From Chiloscyllium plagiosum (taxonomy: Eukaryota), in NCBI RefSeq assembly GCF_004010195.1, contig NC_057718.1, positions 63,346,012 to 63,410,011 on the forward strand: a stretch of 64,000 nucleotides of DNA. Reading direction: 5' to 3'. Each line of letters opens with the position of its first letter. Position 1 is the stretch's first letter. The translations under genes were made by a program, and so were the position numbers. The notes beneath the pieces are model-generated. The model worked only from the letters and a program-made list of their open reading frames with translations, was not told the origin of the DNA and made no database searches. This document shows positions 40,883 through 55,231 of the stretch, piece by piece.

Positions 40883-41989
40883 GATATACTATCTTATTAT
40901 AATGAAGACGAACAAAGTGTGACAGAAAATCCTCTTACTCTATTCATAGTGCTACTATTAGACCAAGCAAAGAATAATCCACTACAATATCAGGCATTAT
41001 TAAAGCACCTTTAACCCAATGAAATGTCCTAACTAAAAACTATTTATAGAACTGCAATCAGGAACCAAAGCAAAGAAGTATACATTAGTTCAGGTAACCA
41101 AATGGAGGAATTCATAGACCCTGGACTGCTAAAAGTGTTTGCGTTATTTCGAAATAATACTTTCTACTTGCTATTAAAAAAGCTCAGAAAATGACGTGTT
41201 ATCAAGAATGTGGCAAGCACAAGGCCAATGAAATCCAGTGCTGCATTGTTCTGCATTATGTTGCAATTTCTTCCAAACCACCATGTCTATCTATTCATGC
41301 ATCAAAATCAAATTAGTCTTTCCTTCTCCTCCTCCCGAACCAAGCTGGCATCAACAATAACCTTCTCAAAGATAACACAGCTATCTGAGACTATTGGAAG
41401 GGGCATGCACTACCAGCAACCTTCTGAATCAGAAGTCCACAGAAGGTGATTCAAGAGATGAAAAACAACAGTGTGTGCAGTCAGGACAACTTTCCTGCAA
41501 GGATCTATAAAGCTGATGGTCATGGGCTTTCACACAAACTTTGGTCATTTTGCAAAAAAATCTGAGAAGGGCAGGTAATGTGTCCTGACTTTCACAATAT
41601 CAGTTTTCAAGAACGATGATAAATCAATTTATGATAACTATAGAGGTACATCGCTTCTGCCACTTTGTAGAATCCACATGTACCACCCATCTGTCAGCAT
41701 GTACATACTTCTTCAGAGTAAATATAGATTCTGAACAACTAGGGGAACCATACACGATCATGGTCACTTGCCAAATAAGAGATGTGTCCAAGTCAAAGTA
41801 AACAGGTCTAAATAACATTTACTGACCTGTCAAAAGTTTTTTTTTAATACAGCTCTTTGGAGATCTCGATGTTCAGCAAAATCTGTTCCTATCCTACCAC
41901 TCTTGCATGACAATACAACAGCAAGTCTTCTGTCATGAACTGGGCACCAAGTTCTCTGGCACATATTTTCCATTCCATGAGATATTTAC

Positions 41990-42620
41990 ATCATTGGCTA
42001 GGCCAGCATTTATTGCTCATCCTTACTTGCCCTCAAGAAGGTGGAGGTGAGCAACTATTCGAACTGATACTGTCCAGTTAGTATAGGTACATCCACAACA
42101 TTACAGAGGGACCTCTAGGATTTTGACCCAACAACAATGAAGAGATAACAATATAATTCTAAGATAGAAAGTGGCTTGGAGGGGAATTTTTAGGTGGTGG
42201 TGCTCCCCACGTATCTGCTACTCTTACCCTTCTAGATGACAATGGTCATGTGTTTGAAAGGTGCTGTCTAAGGAGCCATGGTGAATTTTTGCAGTCCATC
42301 ATATAGATAGTACACACTGCTGCTACTGTGTGCTGATGGAGAAAGAAGTGAATACTTATGCATATGGTTCCATTCAATCAAGCTGCTGTGTCCTGGAGGT
42401 GTCAAGTTTTTTGAAAATTAATGAAACCACACTCAGTAAGGAAATTGAGGAGTATGCCAAAACACTCCTGATATATGCCTTCTAGAAAGTGGGGAAGCCT
42501 TGGGGAGCCAGGAGCCAAGTTAGTCATTGTTTGATTCCAAGAGTCTAATCTGCTCTTTTAGCCACAGTATTTATATGAATAGTCCCTGGTCAGTTTGTGG
42601 GTCAATGGTAACCCCCAGGT
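41990..42620 (-). mobile_element. L2/Crack-type LINE 3' fragment
   Basis: Same tail GGCCAGCATTTATTG as at 39255. Confidence 0.7.
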
Positions 42621-43186
42621 GATCTCTAACTCATAAGGATACCAATTTAGATCTATGAATTCAAGTGTTGTTTTTCCAAATTAACACTGTATAAAAATAC
42701 AGGAACAGCAGTACCTTGAGCTATTCCACCATTATAGTAGTTGATCAGTGGTCTAATTTACCAGTGTCTTTTAATACTTTTGGTTCATAAAAAAAGTCCA
42801 TCAACTTCTAAATTAGCATCAACTGTCATTTGTGGGAGAGAGAGATACAGACTTTCACCACAATGTTTTCTATATTTCACTCCTACAGATCAGGTTCTTA
42901 TTCTCAGACCACATCCTCTATTCCTAGACTTTTCACCAGATGAGATGGTTTCTCTCTATCCAGCTTATTTACTGACCATAATATTTTGATTAGATTAAGC
43001 AGAGATGCAGGAGACATTTTACTCCATATTTTCTTAGCATTCCTTCTGTAATAACAGCAAAATGTGTTATTTTGTTTAGCTAATTTCTTGGCACAGCAGA
43101 CTTTTACCCTGGATTCTCAGTCTTTTCAGATTAACAGTAGGTTTTAATGAGACTTCAGCAAGACTTGAGAGAGGCAGGAGTTCCTA

Positions 43187-43312
<126 letters not shown>

Positions 43313-43754
43313 CTAAAAGAACAGAAGAAATTTAATCAAATGCATGTCTGCTTGAATTGTCCATCTCTACTACAAATGTATTTAAGAACGGAGCAGATAT
43401 CAAATCTGCTGCAACATGTCAATTCTTTCAAATAGTTTGAGTTATTAAGTACAGCAAATTTTTTTGATTAGAAAATTTTTAAAAATATAAAGTGCTTATA
43501 ATTTTAACCTGCCTTTACACAGTCTTCAGAGAATCTTAAAACTGATGTTACTTTTTTCTTGATACTTGGATTAATACGCAAGTTAAGACATTTCCAATTA
43601 TCAAGCTCTGTTACCGATTGCCATTATTTGATGTTCAAATAATGTGGACTTCTTTAAGTCCACAGATAAATTAAAAATCTTGCTGATTGAATGCAAAGTG
43701 GAAGTGAATAAAGTTGGTCATTTGAAAACAAAATAATAGCCCCATTGGAGCCTA

Positions 43755-43916
<162 letters not shown>

Positions 43917-43969
43917 TCAGTGTAATGAAATTACATAATCTCCTCTCATAAATTTGTGAAGAGCAAACA

Positions 43970-44545
43970 CAAATACAATGCAGTAACAAGATGCTGCCAT
44001 CGGTCCAAAAAGAACTTCTGCCTACCACACCATTAAGCAACATTATGTATGAATTTCAATGTCAATGCCAGGCCAGGCATATTGTCCTTATTCCTCAGTG
44101 GCTAGAAATAACACGTTCATTCAGTTGCTTGTAATAGGATACAGATCGTAATCAACCAGCCCATGTTTCCAAATTTTTGTTCTACGTGTTTGGGCAGCAT
44201 TTACAGACCATTCTCAATGGGCTAATAGTTACAACCAACAACCAACTTAAGGGGATGTCAAGCTAGTTACATCTCATATTTAGATTTGCAAGAAATTACC
44301 TAGATTCATATACAAGCATCTTTTTCTACAAATGTCAAGAATGTGTACAACCATTGGGCTTTTTTGGTTACCCAGGATCTTAGAGATTCCTAGTTCCTGG
44401 TGCTCTCTCATAACACCTCAATTAATCAAAGTCAATTTGCCAAACAGCAAGCACACTTCTCCTGCAGTCTAAATTGTTATGTTTATTTGAAATTTATAAT
44501 TCGTGCATTTGTTGTGACAAGTATAAGATGAAAAGCTTCAGCTAG
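43970..44545 (+). mobile_element. Very old PLE GIY-YIG remnant (distinct family)
   Basis: Hand translation KELLPTTPLSNIMYEFQCQCQARHI resembles the PLE motif SNVVYEFxCxC..YVG. Confidence 0.5.
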
Positions 44546-44559
44546 ACCCCATTAGCACT

Positions 44560-47000
44560 ATACAGTTGGGAGGGAGTACCCCTGGGAGTCCTCAACATTG
44601 ACTTTGGACCCCATGAAGTCTTATGGCTTCAGGTTAAACATGAACAAGGAAACCTGCTGATTACCATGTACCACCTCCCCTCGGCTGATGAATCCCCTCC
44701 ATGTTGAACAAAACTTGAAAACAGAGGGTGCAAAAGATGCAAAATATACTCTGGGTGGGAGATTTCAATATCCACCATCAAGAGTAGCTTAGCAGCAGCA
44801 CTACTGGACAAGCTGGTCAGGTCCTAAAGGACATAGCTGCTAGACTGGGTCTGCAGCAGGTGGTGAGGGAACCAATAAGATGAAAAAACATATTCAACTT
44901 CATCCTTACCAATCTGCCAGCTGCAGATGCATCTTCCCATGACTGTATCAGTAACAGTGACCACTGTACAGTGTCTCTGGAGATGAAGTCCCACCTTCAC
45001 ATTGAGAATAATCTCCATAATGTTGTGCAGCACTACCATGAAGCTAAACAGGACAGACTTCAAATACATCTAGCAACTCGAGACTGGATCGTACTCTTGC
45101 AATATCTACAACCTCCAGCTCACCATGTCTCCCACTCAACCATTATCATCAAGCCAGGGGAATCAATCCTGGTTCAATGGAGAGCGCAGAAGGGCTGACT
45201 TGGAGCAGGACCAGGCATACCTAAAAATGAGGTGTCAAGCTGGTGAAGTCACAAAACAGGACTACTTGCATGCCAAAACAGCATAAGCAGCAAGTGATGA
45301 ACAAAGCTAAGCAATCCCACAACCAAAGGATCAGAATTAAGCTCTGCAATCCTACTTCATCCAGTCATGAATGATAGTGGACAATCAAAACCTCACTGGA
45401 GGAGGCAGCTCCATAAATATCCCCCTCCTCAATGATGGAAGAGCTCAAAATATTAATGCAAAAGACAATGCTGAAGCAGTCACAGCAATCTTCACCTGAA
45501 GATCTATTGCAGCCTCCTCCAGAAATTAGCCTTCAGCCAGTTTGATTCACTCTAAGTGATATCAAGAAACAGTTGGAGGCTATGGGCCCTGACAACATTC
45601 TGGAGATAGTACCGAAGACTAGTGCTCCAGAATTTGACACTGCCCTAGTGAAGCTCTTCCAATACAGCTATAAACGGTCATCTATCAGACAATATTTGAA
45701 AATTGCCCTGGACAAATCCAACCCATTTGCCACCCATCAGCATAAGCTTAATTACCAAAGTTATGGAGGTGCCATCAACAGTGCTGCCAAGCAGCACCTG
45801 TTCACTGACAGCCACTTTGGGTTCCTCCAGGGCCACTCAACCCCTGACCTCATTACAGTCTTCGTTCAAACATGGACAAAAGAGCTGAATTTCAGAGATG
45901 AGGTGAGAGTAAGAGCCCCTGACATCAAGGCCACATTCAAGGCATGTGGCATCAAGGTGCCCTAACAAAACTGAAATCAATGGTTTTCAGGGGGCAAACT
46001 CTCCACTGGTTGAGTCATACCTGGCACATATGAAGATGATTGTGATTGTAGGAGGTCAGTCATTTCAGCTTCAGGACATCTTTGCAGGAGATGCTCAGGC
46101 TAGAGTCCTAGGCCCAACCAATTTCAGCTGCTTCAATAACCTTCCATCATAAAGGTCAGAAGTGGGGATGTTTGTTGATGTTCAGCACCATTTGTGACTC
46201 CTGGATACTGAAGCATATTTAAATACAATAAGATCTGCACAACATCCAGGCTTAGGTAAACAATTGGGAGTAACATTTGCATCCCATAAATGCCATGCAA
46301 TGACCATCTCCAATAAGTGACAGACAATCTAACCACTATTGCTTGGCCTTCAAGTGGTATTATCATCACTGAATCCCCCATTATCAACATCTTTGGGGTT
46401 ACCATTGATCAGACACTGGACTTGCCAGATTAACACAGTGGCTACAAGAGCCAAGTCAAAGGCTAGGAATACTAGCCTCTTGACTCTCCAAAGCCTGTCC
46501 ACCACCTACAAGGCACAAGTCAGGAGTGTGATGAATACCCCCTGGATTGGTGCAGCCCAACAACACTCAAGAAGTCTAACACCATCTCGGACAAAGTAGC
46601 CCGCTTGTTTGACTCAACATCCACAAATATTCACCCCACAACACTCTTGCTCAGTTGCAGTAGTGTGTACTATCTACAAAATGCACTGCAGAAATTCACC
46701 AAAGATCCCCAGCACCTTCCAAACGCACGACTATTTCCATCTGGAAGGATAAGGGCATTAGTTGCATAGGAACACCACCTGTAAGTTCCTCTCCAAGCCA
46801 CTCACCATCCTGACTTGGAAATATATTAGCAAGACTTCACTGCCACTGGGTCAAAATCCTGGAATTCCCTTCCTAATGGCATTGTGGGTCTACACAAACA
46901 CAAAGTGCAGTGATTCAAGAAGGCAGCCCACCATCACCTCTCAAGGACAACTAGGAACAGGTAATAAGTTCTGACCAGCCAGTGAATGAATAATAAAAAA
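44560..47000 (+). mobile_element. L2/Crack-type LINE, long decayed copy (EN to 3' tail)
   Basis: AMGPDNI, HFGFLQGHSTPDLIT...DIKATF, ARVLGPTNFSCFNNL; tail TGAATGAATAATAAAAAA. Confidence 0.8.
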
Positions 47001-47008
47001 ACTATATA

Positions 47009-47226
47009 CAGGTTGTTCTGCCATAACGCATGTTTCATTAATACAAATTCACTATAGCATGCTTAACGAATTGGGTCACTGTTTTCAAGATGCAAATCTT
47101 TAAAGTGTGTATTGCTTCTAATGGAATTCTAGCCCCATTGGTTTAAATGGTGCAGCTATTCTAACATTCTCTTATAATACAGGGTTGCATGAGAACAGAA
47201 CTACTGCGTTACAGCAGAACCGATTG
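47009..47226. mobile_element. Tc1/mariner MITE, same family as 16404
   Basis: CAGGTTGTTCTGCCATAACGC...GCGTTACAGCAGAACCGATTG flanked by TA. Confidence 0.8.
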
Positions 47227-47395
47227 TAGTTTAATTTCTCTCTGAATGGAACAATCTATAAATTTTCAAAAATGACAATGGATCTAAATTCATCTGTAGG
47301 CTTGTTGATTCAAATCTGTAACAGCTAAATTACTTGATTAGTGTCTTATTATTAAAAACAAAAATCAGTAACAAAGACAAACTAAATCAAGTGCC

Positions 47396-47665
47396 AAGAT
47401 TAGAGTGGTGCTGGAAAAGCACAGCAGGTCAGGTAGCATCTGAGAATCAGGAAAATTTCCTGATGAAGGGCTTTTGCCCGAAATGTTGATTTTCCTGCTC
47501 CTCGGATGCTGTCTGACCTGCTGTGCTTTTTCAGCAAATGGCCTACTCCTGCACCTATTGTCTATTGAAATGTAGATTTTCCTGCTCCTCGGATGCTGTC
47601 TGACCTGCTGTGCTTTTTCAGCACCACTCTAATCTTGACTCTAATCTCCAACATCTGCAATATCT
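47396..47665. mobile_element. Mini-PLE terminal-repeat cluster (inverted plus tandem copies)
   Basis: CTGATGAAGGGCTTTTGCCCGAAA; CCTGCTCCTCGGATGCTG present twice. Confidence 0.75.
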
Positions 47666-47774
47666 ACTCTGTCTAAATGAAATACCATACAGCTTAGGCA
47701 TAAGCAAACTATATTGTAAACCAAACCTGGTCATGGCAACAGATGCTGCAATAGATTCTCACAGAGGTTACTAC

Positions 47775-48130
47775 ACAGCAATGGCCGAATGGTATTATCA
47801 CTACACTGTTAATTCAGAGATGCAGGGAATGTTCTGGGGATTCAGGTTTGAATCCCACCATGGTAGATGATGTAATTTGAACTCCAAAATCTGGAAGTAA
47901 GAATCTAACTTCAATGATCGTGAATACATTGTCAATTGTTGGAAAAACCCATCTGGTTTACAAATGTCCTTTAGGGAAGGAATCTGCCACCCTTATCAGG
48001 TCTGGCCTACATGTGACTCCAGACCCATAGCAATGTTGACTTTTAACTGCTCGCTAGGCCATTAGGGATGGGCAATAAATGCTGGGTTGTCCAGTAACAC
48101 CCTCATCACATGAATGAATAAAAAATAAAA
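47775..48130 (+). mobile_element. tRNA-derived SINE sharing the L2/Crack LINE tail (another copy at about 52345-52810)
   Basis: GGTTTGAATCCCACC B-box; tail GGGCAATAAATGCTGG...ATGAATGAATAAAAA. Confidence 0.7.
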
Positions 48131-48650
48131 ATTTAGAAGGAAAGCTGGTTTGAATTTATTCTCTTCCAATTCTGAGATGAGATGTCACATTTCTACGATT
48201 CTGCTAGTGTACATTTTTTGAATCAAATAGTAGATGTTGAAAAAAAAAAATTCAGTGTCATTTTGTCATGTTATAATAGAAGATTAAAATTGCAAATGCT
48301 TATACTACATTCTAACCCAAGATGAAATTACAGTCTTATGATAATTTCTGACACACTGCATTTCACAGAGATCATTTTTAATTCTGCTTTGAGCACTTAC
48401 ATGTTAGCAACTGATGTAATGACCACAAATTACATTGATGACTTGTATTAAAAAATTAAGATCCCTAACTTAAAAATCACACCTGCCAGGTGAAGCCATT
48501 TTTCACCACACTTAATGCTCACAAAGATAAATCATTACAAACATGACACAAACACAGTCATAGTGAAGGCTGGGGAGGTATAATGATATTAATGATAAGC
48601 ACAGTCAGCATTATCACGTAAACTAGTTGTTACAAGACTTCAAAAATTAT

Positions 48651-48794
48651 TTTGAAGAAAGGCCTGTTCCTGAAGAAGGGCCTGTGCCCGAAACGTCGAA
48701 TCTCCTGTTCCCTGGATGCTGCCTGACCTGCTGGGCTGTTCCAGCAATAAAGTTTCAACTTTGATCTCCAGCATCTGCAGACCTCACTTTCTCC
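48651..48794 (+). mobile_element. Mini-PLE terminal repeat with intact hammerhead motif (48666-48701)
   Basis: GUUC CUGAAGA A GGGC-CUGU-GCCC GAAA CGUC GAAU; 14-bp TSD at 48637-48650/48795-48808. Confidence 0.8.
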
Positions 48795-49149
48795 ACTTCA
48801 AAAATTATGTCAGGTTCAAACAGATAGTGCCCCAATACTTGGAACAGTGATTCAGGATGCTTGTTGTTGCTTTTGTGCCATCAATAATGGTGCAGAACAA
48901 CATCACAGTATGATATTAAATACTTTCATTTTCACTATGTGAGATGAGTGATGTCTACCTCCACCAGAAATAAAAACTTGGTCGGGATAAAAGTAAATCA
49001 TGAAAGCAAGTGAAAGGAAGAAAGAAAAACAAGCAGGCATTCCAAATGCCTGATAGTAATACAAACAGTGTTAGTGATATCCTCATCAAGTTTGATAAGT
49101 TAATTCAGAAGTTAAAAACATAACATGGGAATTGAAAGCACCCTCTCAC

Positions 49150-49273
49150 CTTAAGCTCTAACGTGGCACCAAAAGCCATCCTGAAATCCCCCTGAAGACC
49201 TTTGCTGAAAACCCTTTGAAATGTTTGCTTGAAGAGGGAAGTGTTGAAGGAGTCCCCCATCACAATGTAACCG
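49150..49273 (-). CDS. SEC23B: SEC23B exon 10 equivalent, [22 protein letters not shown]...GATLELK
   Basis: 124 nt, CCCAG/GTGAGA. Confidence 0.96.
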
Positions 49274-50611
49274 CTGGGTTGACAGAAACGGACACAGATT
49301 GTAAAGTTATTTAATGTACACTTTGTGACATTCACCAATATATACTTCAAATATTTTTCAACAAGAAATATGTCTATTACTTCCATTACAAGGCTGAGAA
49401 TGAGCTTCAGATGGAAGACAGTAATCAAATCTTTATGAAAATCTCTGGAGAATGCATTGGATTTCTAAAGCTTGCTCGGGTTGGTCATTAAAGGTTGTGG
49501 GTTCAGGTCCCAGCAGAGTCGAGTTTGGGGGTCCAGTTGTGGCACCATGGTAGTGTCCCTAACCCTGGACCAAGAGGCCGGGATTTAATTCTCACCTGCT
49601 CCAAAGGTATGTAATAATCTCTCTGAATAGTTTGATTAGGAAAATAGGTAATAAAAAGAAACAACAGCATCTCAACCAGTCATCCTACTATACAGGAGAG
49701 CAGTTATTCACTGCAGAGCCAGACTTTGAGTTTATTATGCTTCTTGTCTCCTGTCTCTGCCTCAAAGACATGACCATGTATTTCTACCCTTTTAATATAT
49801 CTGCAAGAGCTCAGTTTCTTCATTTCTGACTCTATTTATTGTTGCTTTAATTTTTCCTTTGTTGTCTGGTTTCCAAAATATTCACAGTTTTCAAGCTTGC
49901 TTTTTGAGATTTTAAGCTTCTGCTCTTAAGAGAAAGTTTCCTTAATTTCCTCTTAAAGACACAAATGGATATTTCCTTCTGTGCTTTTATGAACCATGGA
50001 ATAGTTTTGTTGTAACATCCTGCTCACCCACCAAATTGGTTAGAGAGTCAATAGACAGTTGCTAATGCCATGACACGGAGAAAGAGCCTCAGCTGAGCCA
50101 GGCTTCTAAGCTTAAAAATGGTCCCTCTACTTCAGAAGGGCCACTGGTTTGGAAATTAACTAGTGCATTTCGACCTTGACTTCTTAAATGCAACCAAGTG
50201 GAAACTCTTTCTGAGGGGGTTTTATTTAGCTTGTTCTTGTTGTAATCCTTCCTACTCCCTTGATGGTCCTTAATTGTGCAAAATTAGCCAGTGTATTTTT
50301 TTTTCAATATTCAATATTCAATATTTTGATGAGGAAATCATTTTAAACAAAAATCATTTTAAACATTAACATCTTTAAATGTGACATACTAATGATGGAG
50401 AAAATTTCATCCAATCACTTTCTGAATATTCATATCAACTAAGTGTTTGGTTATTTTGATGGAGACTCATGGAACTTTGCTTCATCAGGAACCCTTACTG
50501 TTCTCTCAAAACAAGAGAAAAAAAAAGATTCAACTCATCAGGTTGAGAGAACTATAAATCTATTGCTTATGGTTTAAGTTACACAATAACTAGATCTCAA
50601 TGTTTTATGTA

Positions 50612-51212
<601 letters not shown>

Positions 51213-51354
51213 CTAAAGAATGAAGGAGGGGGCAAGTACGTTACTCTTATCACATTTTAGGATATTTGAGAGCGTTTAAAGTGCAATAATTGTTACATTG
51301 GTAAACACAACAGCCAATTTGTGAAGATTCAAAAACAAAATGAATGACTACAGA

Positions 51355-51700
51355 GTAGCTTAGTGGTTAGCACTGCTGCCTCACGGCAGCAGGGACCTGG
51401 GTTTGATTCCACCCTCAGGTGACTGTGTGGAGTTTACATGTTCTATCCATGTCTTCATGGGTTTCTACCGGGTGCTCTGGTTTCATCCCACAGTCCAAAG
51501 TTGTGCAGGTTAGGTGGATTGGTCATGCTAAATTACCCATAGTGTTCAGGGATGTGTAGGTTAGGTGTGTTAGCCATGGGAAATGCAGAGTTACAGGGAT
51601 AGGGTAAGGGAATGGGTTTGGGTGGGATGCCCTTTGGAGGGTTGGTGTAGACTTGTTGGGCCAAATGGCCTGCGGGGATTGTATGGATTATTCTATGGAT
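51355..51700 (+). mobile_element. HE1/V-SINE
   Basis: HE1 head, core and tail. Confidence 0.85.
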
Positions 51701-52899
51701 GATTAAATAATCTAATTTTAGTGGTTGTTGTTTGTAGGAAGTAATTTTGGTCAGGAAATCAAAACTTGCTACGATAAAACTAGTGACTCTAGATTTGTAT
51801 GTACATTTTTAAGCAGCCAGAAATGTCTTGATTTAATGACTCATCCAAAAGATGGCATCTCTTACAGTGCTGTGGTCACTCAGCATCGTGCGGAGTTGTC
51901 AATTCAGATTATATGGTCAAGTACTGAAGTTTGACATGAAAAGTTGAGTCAATAGCATTGTACTAGCTGAGCCAATGCTAATCAATGAATCAAGAGTGCA
52001 ATAGTGATTAACTATCACAATTTCATTCCATAAAATGAATTTAAAAATCAAAAAACTTCTCAACTACAAATTTTCTATCTCACCAATGAATTATATAACA
52101 GTAATCATTCATTGCTGTAAAAGAAAATCCACTGGTAACTTAATGGAAGTACAATTGAATTTGTTTTGATGTCCATCCCAGATGGAATTGGGTAAATTGT
52201 AATGAGTGGGCCGGTTTAAATTTTAATATGCAAGAAAGTATTAATCAAATCAAAGAGGATTTGATAGACATAGGGAGAAACAAGTTTTACTCGCAAAAGG
52301 ATAAAAATGTAAATCATTGACAAAAAAAAACAAAACTGGGAAGAGGTAGTGGTAATGTTACTGGACTAGTAATCCAGATGACCAGAGCAAGGCTTTAAAG
52401 TTATGGGTTAAAATCTCACCAGTTATTAAATGGCAGGACTTAAAATTAACTAATAAATTTAGACTATTACAGGAAAGCTGGATTGAGAGTGTGGTGTTGG
52501 AAAAGCACAGCTGGTCAGGCAATATCCGAGAAGCAGGAAAATCAATGTTTTTGGCAAAAGCCTTTCATCAGGAAAGCACCTCTCAATAATGGTATCATGG
52601 AACTAATATAAATTTTGGTTAAAATCCATCTGGTCCTTTGATTTCCATTACAGAAGCAATCTGGTACATTTATCCAGTCTGGTCTATATACAAGTTTACT
52701 TGGCCCTCTGAAATGGCCAAGCAAGCCACTCACAGTTCAAGGGCAATTTGGGATGAAGAACAAATGCTGACCTTGTCAGTGATGGCTGTATTCCATGAAA
52801 GAATGAAAAAAGTTCACTCTGTAAATCTCTTAGCTTGTATGCCAATAACTATTAAATAATTAGTGACATTCCATGCAACTATAACATTCTAAAATATCA

Positions 52900-53127
<228 letters not shown>

Positions 53128-53135
53128 TCAAGATA

Positions 53136-54727
53136 GGAGCAAATTACTGAAGATGCTGGAATCTGATCTGAAATCAACATGCTGGAGATCACACTGGCTC
53201 AGGTTGCACCCATCGAGAGAGAGAAAGCCAACGTTTTGAGTCCAGATGACTCTTCATCACAACTGAAGTGGTGTGGGGGCGGGGCCTTTATGTTATAATT
53301 GGGGGAGGGGGTGTGGAGTTGGCATGCTGGGGGAGAAAAGATGTTGATAGTAGAGATCGTGAACCAACTCCCATTCCTTCCCTTCCTTTTAGCTTTACTT
53401 GTTACATTCACAGTCACCATGTCTTCTCTCCATTTCCCCTACCCCAGTTGGACTATCTGTTATTTCCAGTCTGGCAGTTAGGCACATCATTGTTCTGCCA
53501 TTCTCGCATTCTGATCACTTAATCTGAACTATCAACATCTTTTCTCCTCCAACACTCCAATGCCACCCCTACTCCCAACCAACTGTAGCATAAATTCTGC
53601 CCCCTCCACACTTCACTTCTGCTTTGATGAGCAGTCATCTAGACATAGAATATAGAACTGTACATCACTGGAATGGGCCCTTCGGCCCAGGACGCTGTGC
53701 CAAACAGGACACTAAACTAAACTAATCCTTTCTGTCTGCCCTTGGTCCATATCCCTCCATTCCTTGCATATTCATGCACTTACCTAAAAGTCTCTTAAAG
53801 CACATATCATATATGCCTTCACCACCACCCCTGACAGTGCATTCCAAATTCTTCTCTGTGAAAAACTTGCTCCTCACATTTCTTTTGAACTTTCCCCTTC
53901 TCACCTTAAATGCATGCCTATTACTATTAGACATTTTGACTCAATACTATCTACGCATCTCATAATTTGGTACACTTCTATCAAGTCTCCCCTCAAACTC
54001 CGCCGCTCCAGTGAAAACAAAGATTTTCTAGCATCTCCTTATAGTTCATATTCACTATTCCAGGCAGCATGCTGCTAAACCTCTTCTGCACCCTCTCCAA
54101 AGCCTCCACATCCTTCCGGTAATGTGGCAACCAGAATTAAACGCAGTATTCCAAGTGTGGCCTAACCAAAGTCTTATAAAGCTGCAACATGACATCCTAG
54201 ATCTTGTACTGAATTCCCTGACCAATAAATACAAGCATGTCATACGCTTTCTTCACCACCCTATCTACTTGCATGGCCACTTTCAGTGAGCTATGGATTT
54301 GAACCCCAAGATCCTGCTGTACAATTTTGTTCAGGGTCCTGCCATTAACGGTATACTTTTCCTTAACATTTGATCTTCCAAAGTGCAGCATCTCACACTT
54401 ACTCAGATTAAACTCCATCTGCCATTTCTCTGACCTGATCTGCAACTGATCTATGTCCCGCTGTATACTTTGACAACTTTCTACACTATCCACAGCTCCA
54501 CCAATCTTTGCATTGTCTGCATCCTTAGTAATCTACCTATTTACATTTTCATCCAATCACAAACTGCAGAGGCCCCAGTACAGATCCTTGCAGAACACCA
54601 CTAGTCATGGACCTCCAGACTGAAAAACAACCTTTCACCACTACCCTCTGCCAATTCTGAAACGTTAGCTTGCTCTCTCTCCATGGATGCTGTCTCACTT
54701 GCTGTGATCTCCAACATTTGTTGTTTT
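53136..54727. mobile_element. Inverted-arm PLE interrupted by a minus-strand CR1 (about 53645-54658)
   Basis: 15-bp TSD CAAGAGATCAAGATA at 53121-53135/54728-54742; CR1 [17 protein letters not shown] motif. Confidence 0.85.
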
Positions 54728-55023
54728 CAAGAGATCAAGATAATCAAATACAGTGTTGGCTTTAGCTCCCATCATATTTCAACAACATCACTTCAAGTCA
54801 CAGAAAAAACTTGGAGCAACAGAACTGCATTAACAACACAATTTAAAAACAAAGACTTCTTGCACATAAAGCTTCAATATTTTCTTCCTCCAAATTGTGG
54901 GACACTGAAAAATATCAGTTAGACATCTCATATATAATTTCTTTCCCCAGATGAATTGCTCTACTGGGAAACCCACAGATTAGCACCTAGCAAACATTTA
55001 ATATTGCTGAGTGTTTATTTCCA

Positions 55024-55231
55024 CTTTATTTTTCACTGTTCTTGTTCCTTGATAAAGGGAAAAACAACAACTCTTACATTTTTCTTCTCTGTTAGCCAAT
55101 AGAAAACTTACCATTGCTGAGTGTTCATTTCCACTCAGCAATGGTAAGTTTTCTATTGGCTAACAGAGAAGAAAAATGTAAGAGTTGTTGTTTTTCCCTT
55201 TATCAAGGAACAAGAACAGTGAAAAATAAAG
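55024..55231. repeat. Perfect 100-bp inverted repeat with 8-nt loop
   Basis: 55024-55123 is the exact reverse complement of 55132-55231. Confidence 0.95.
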
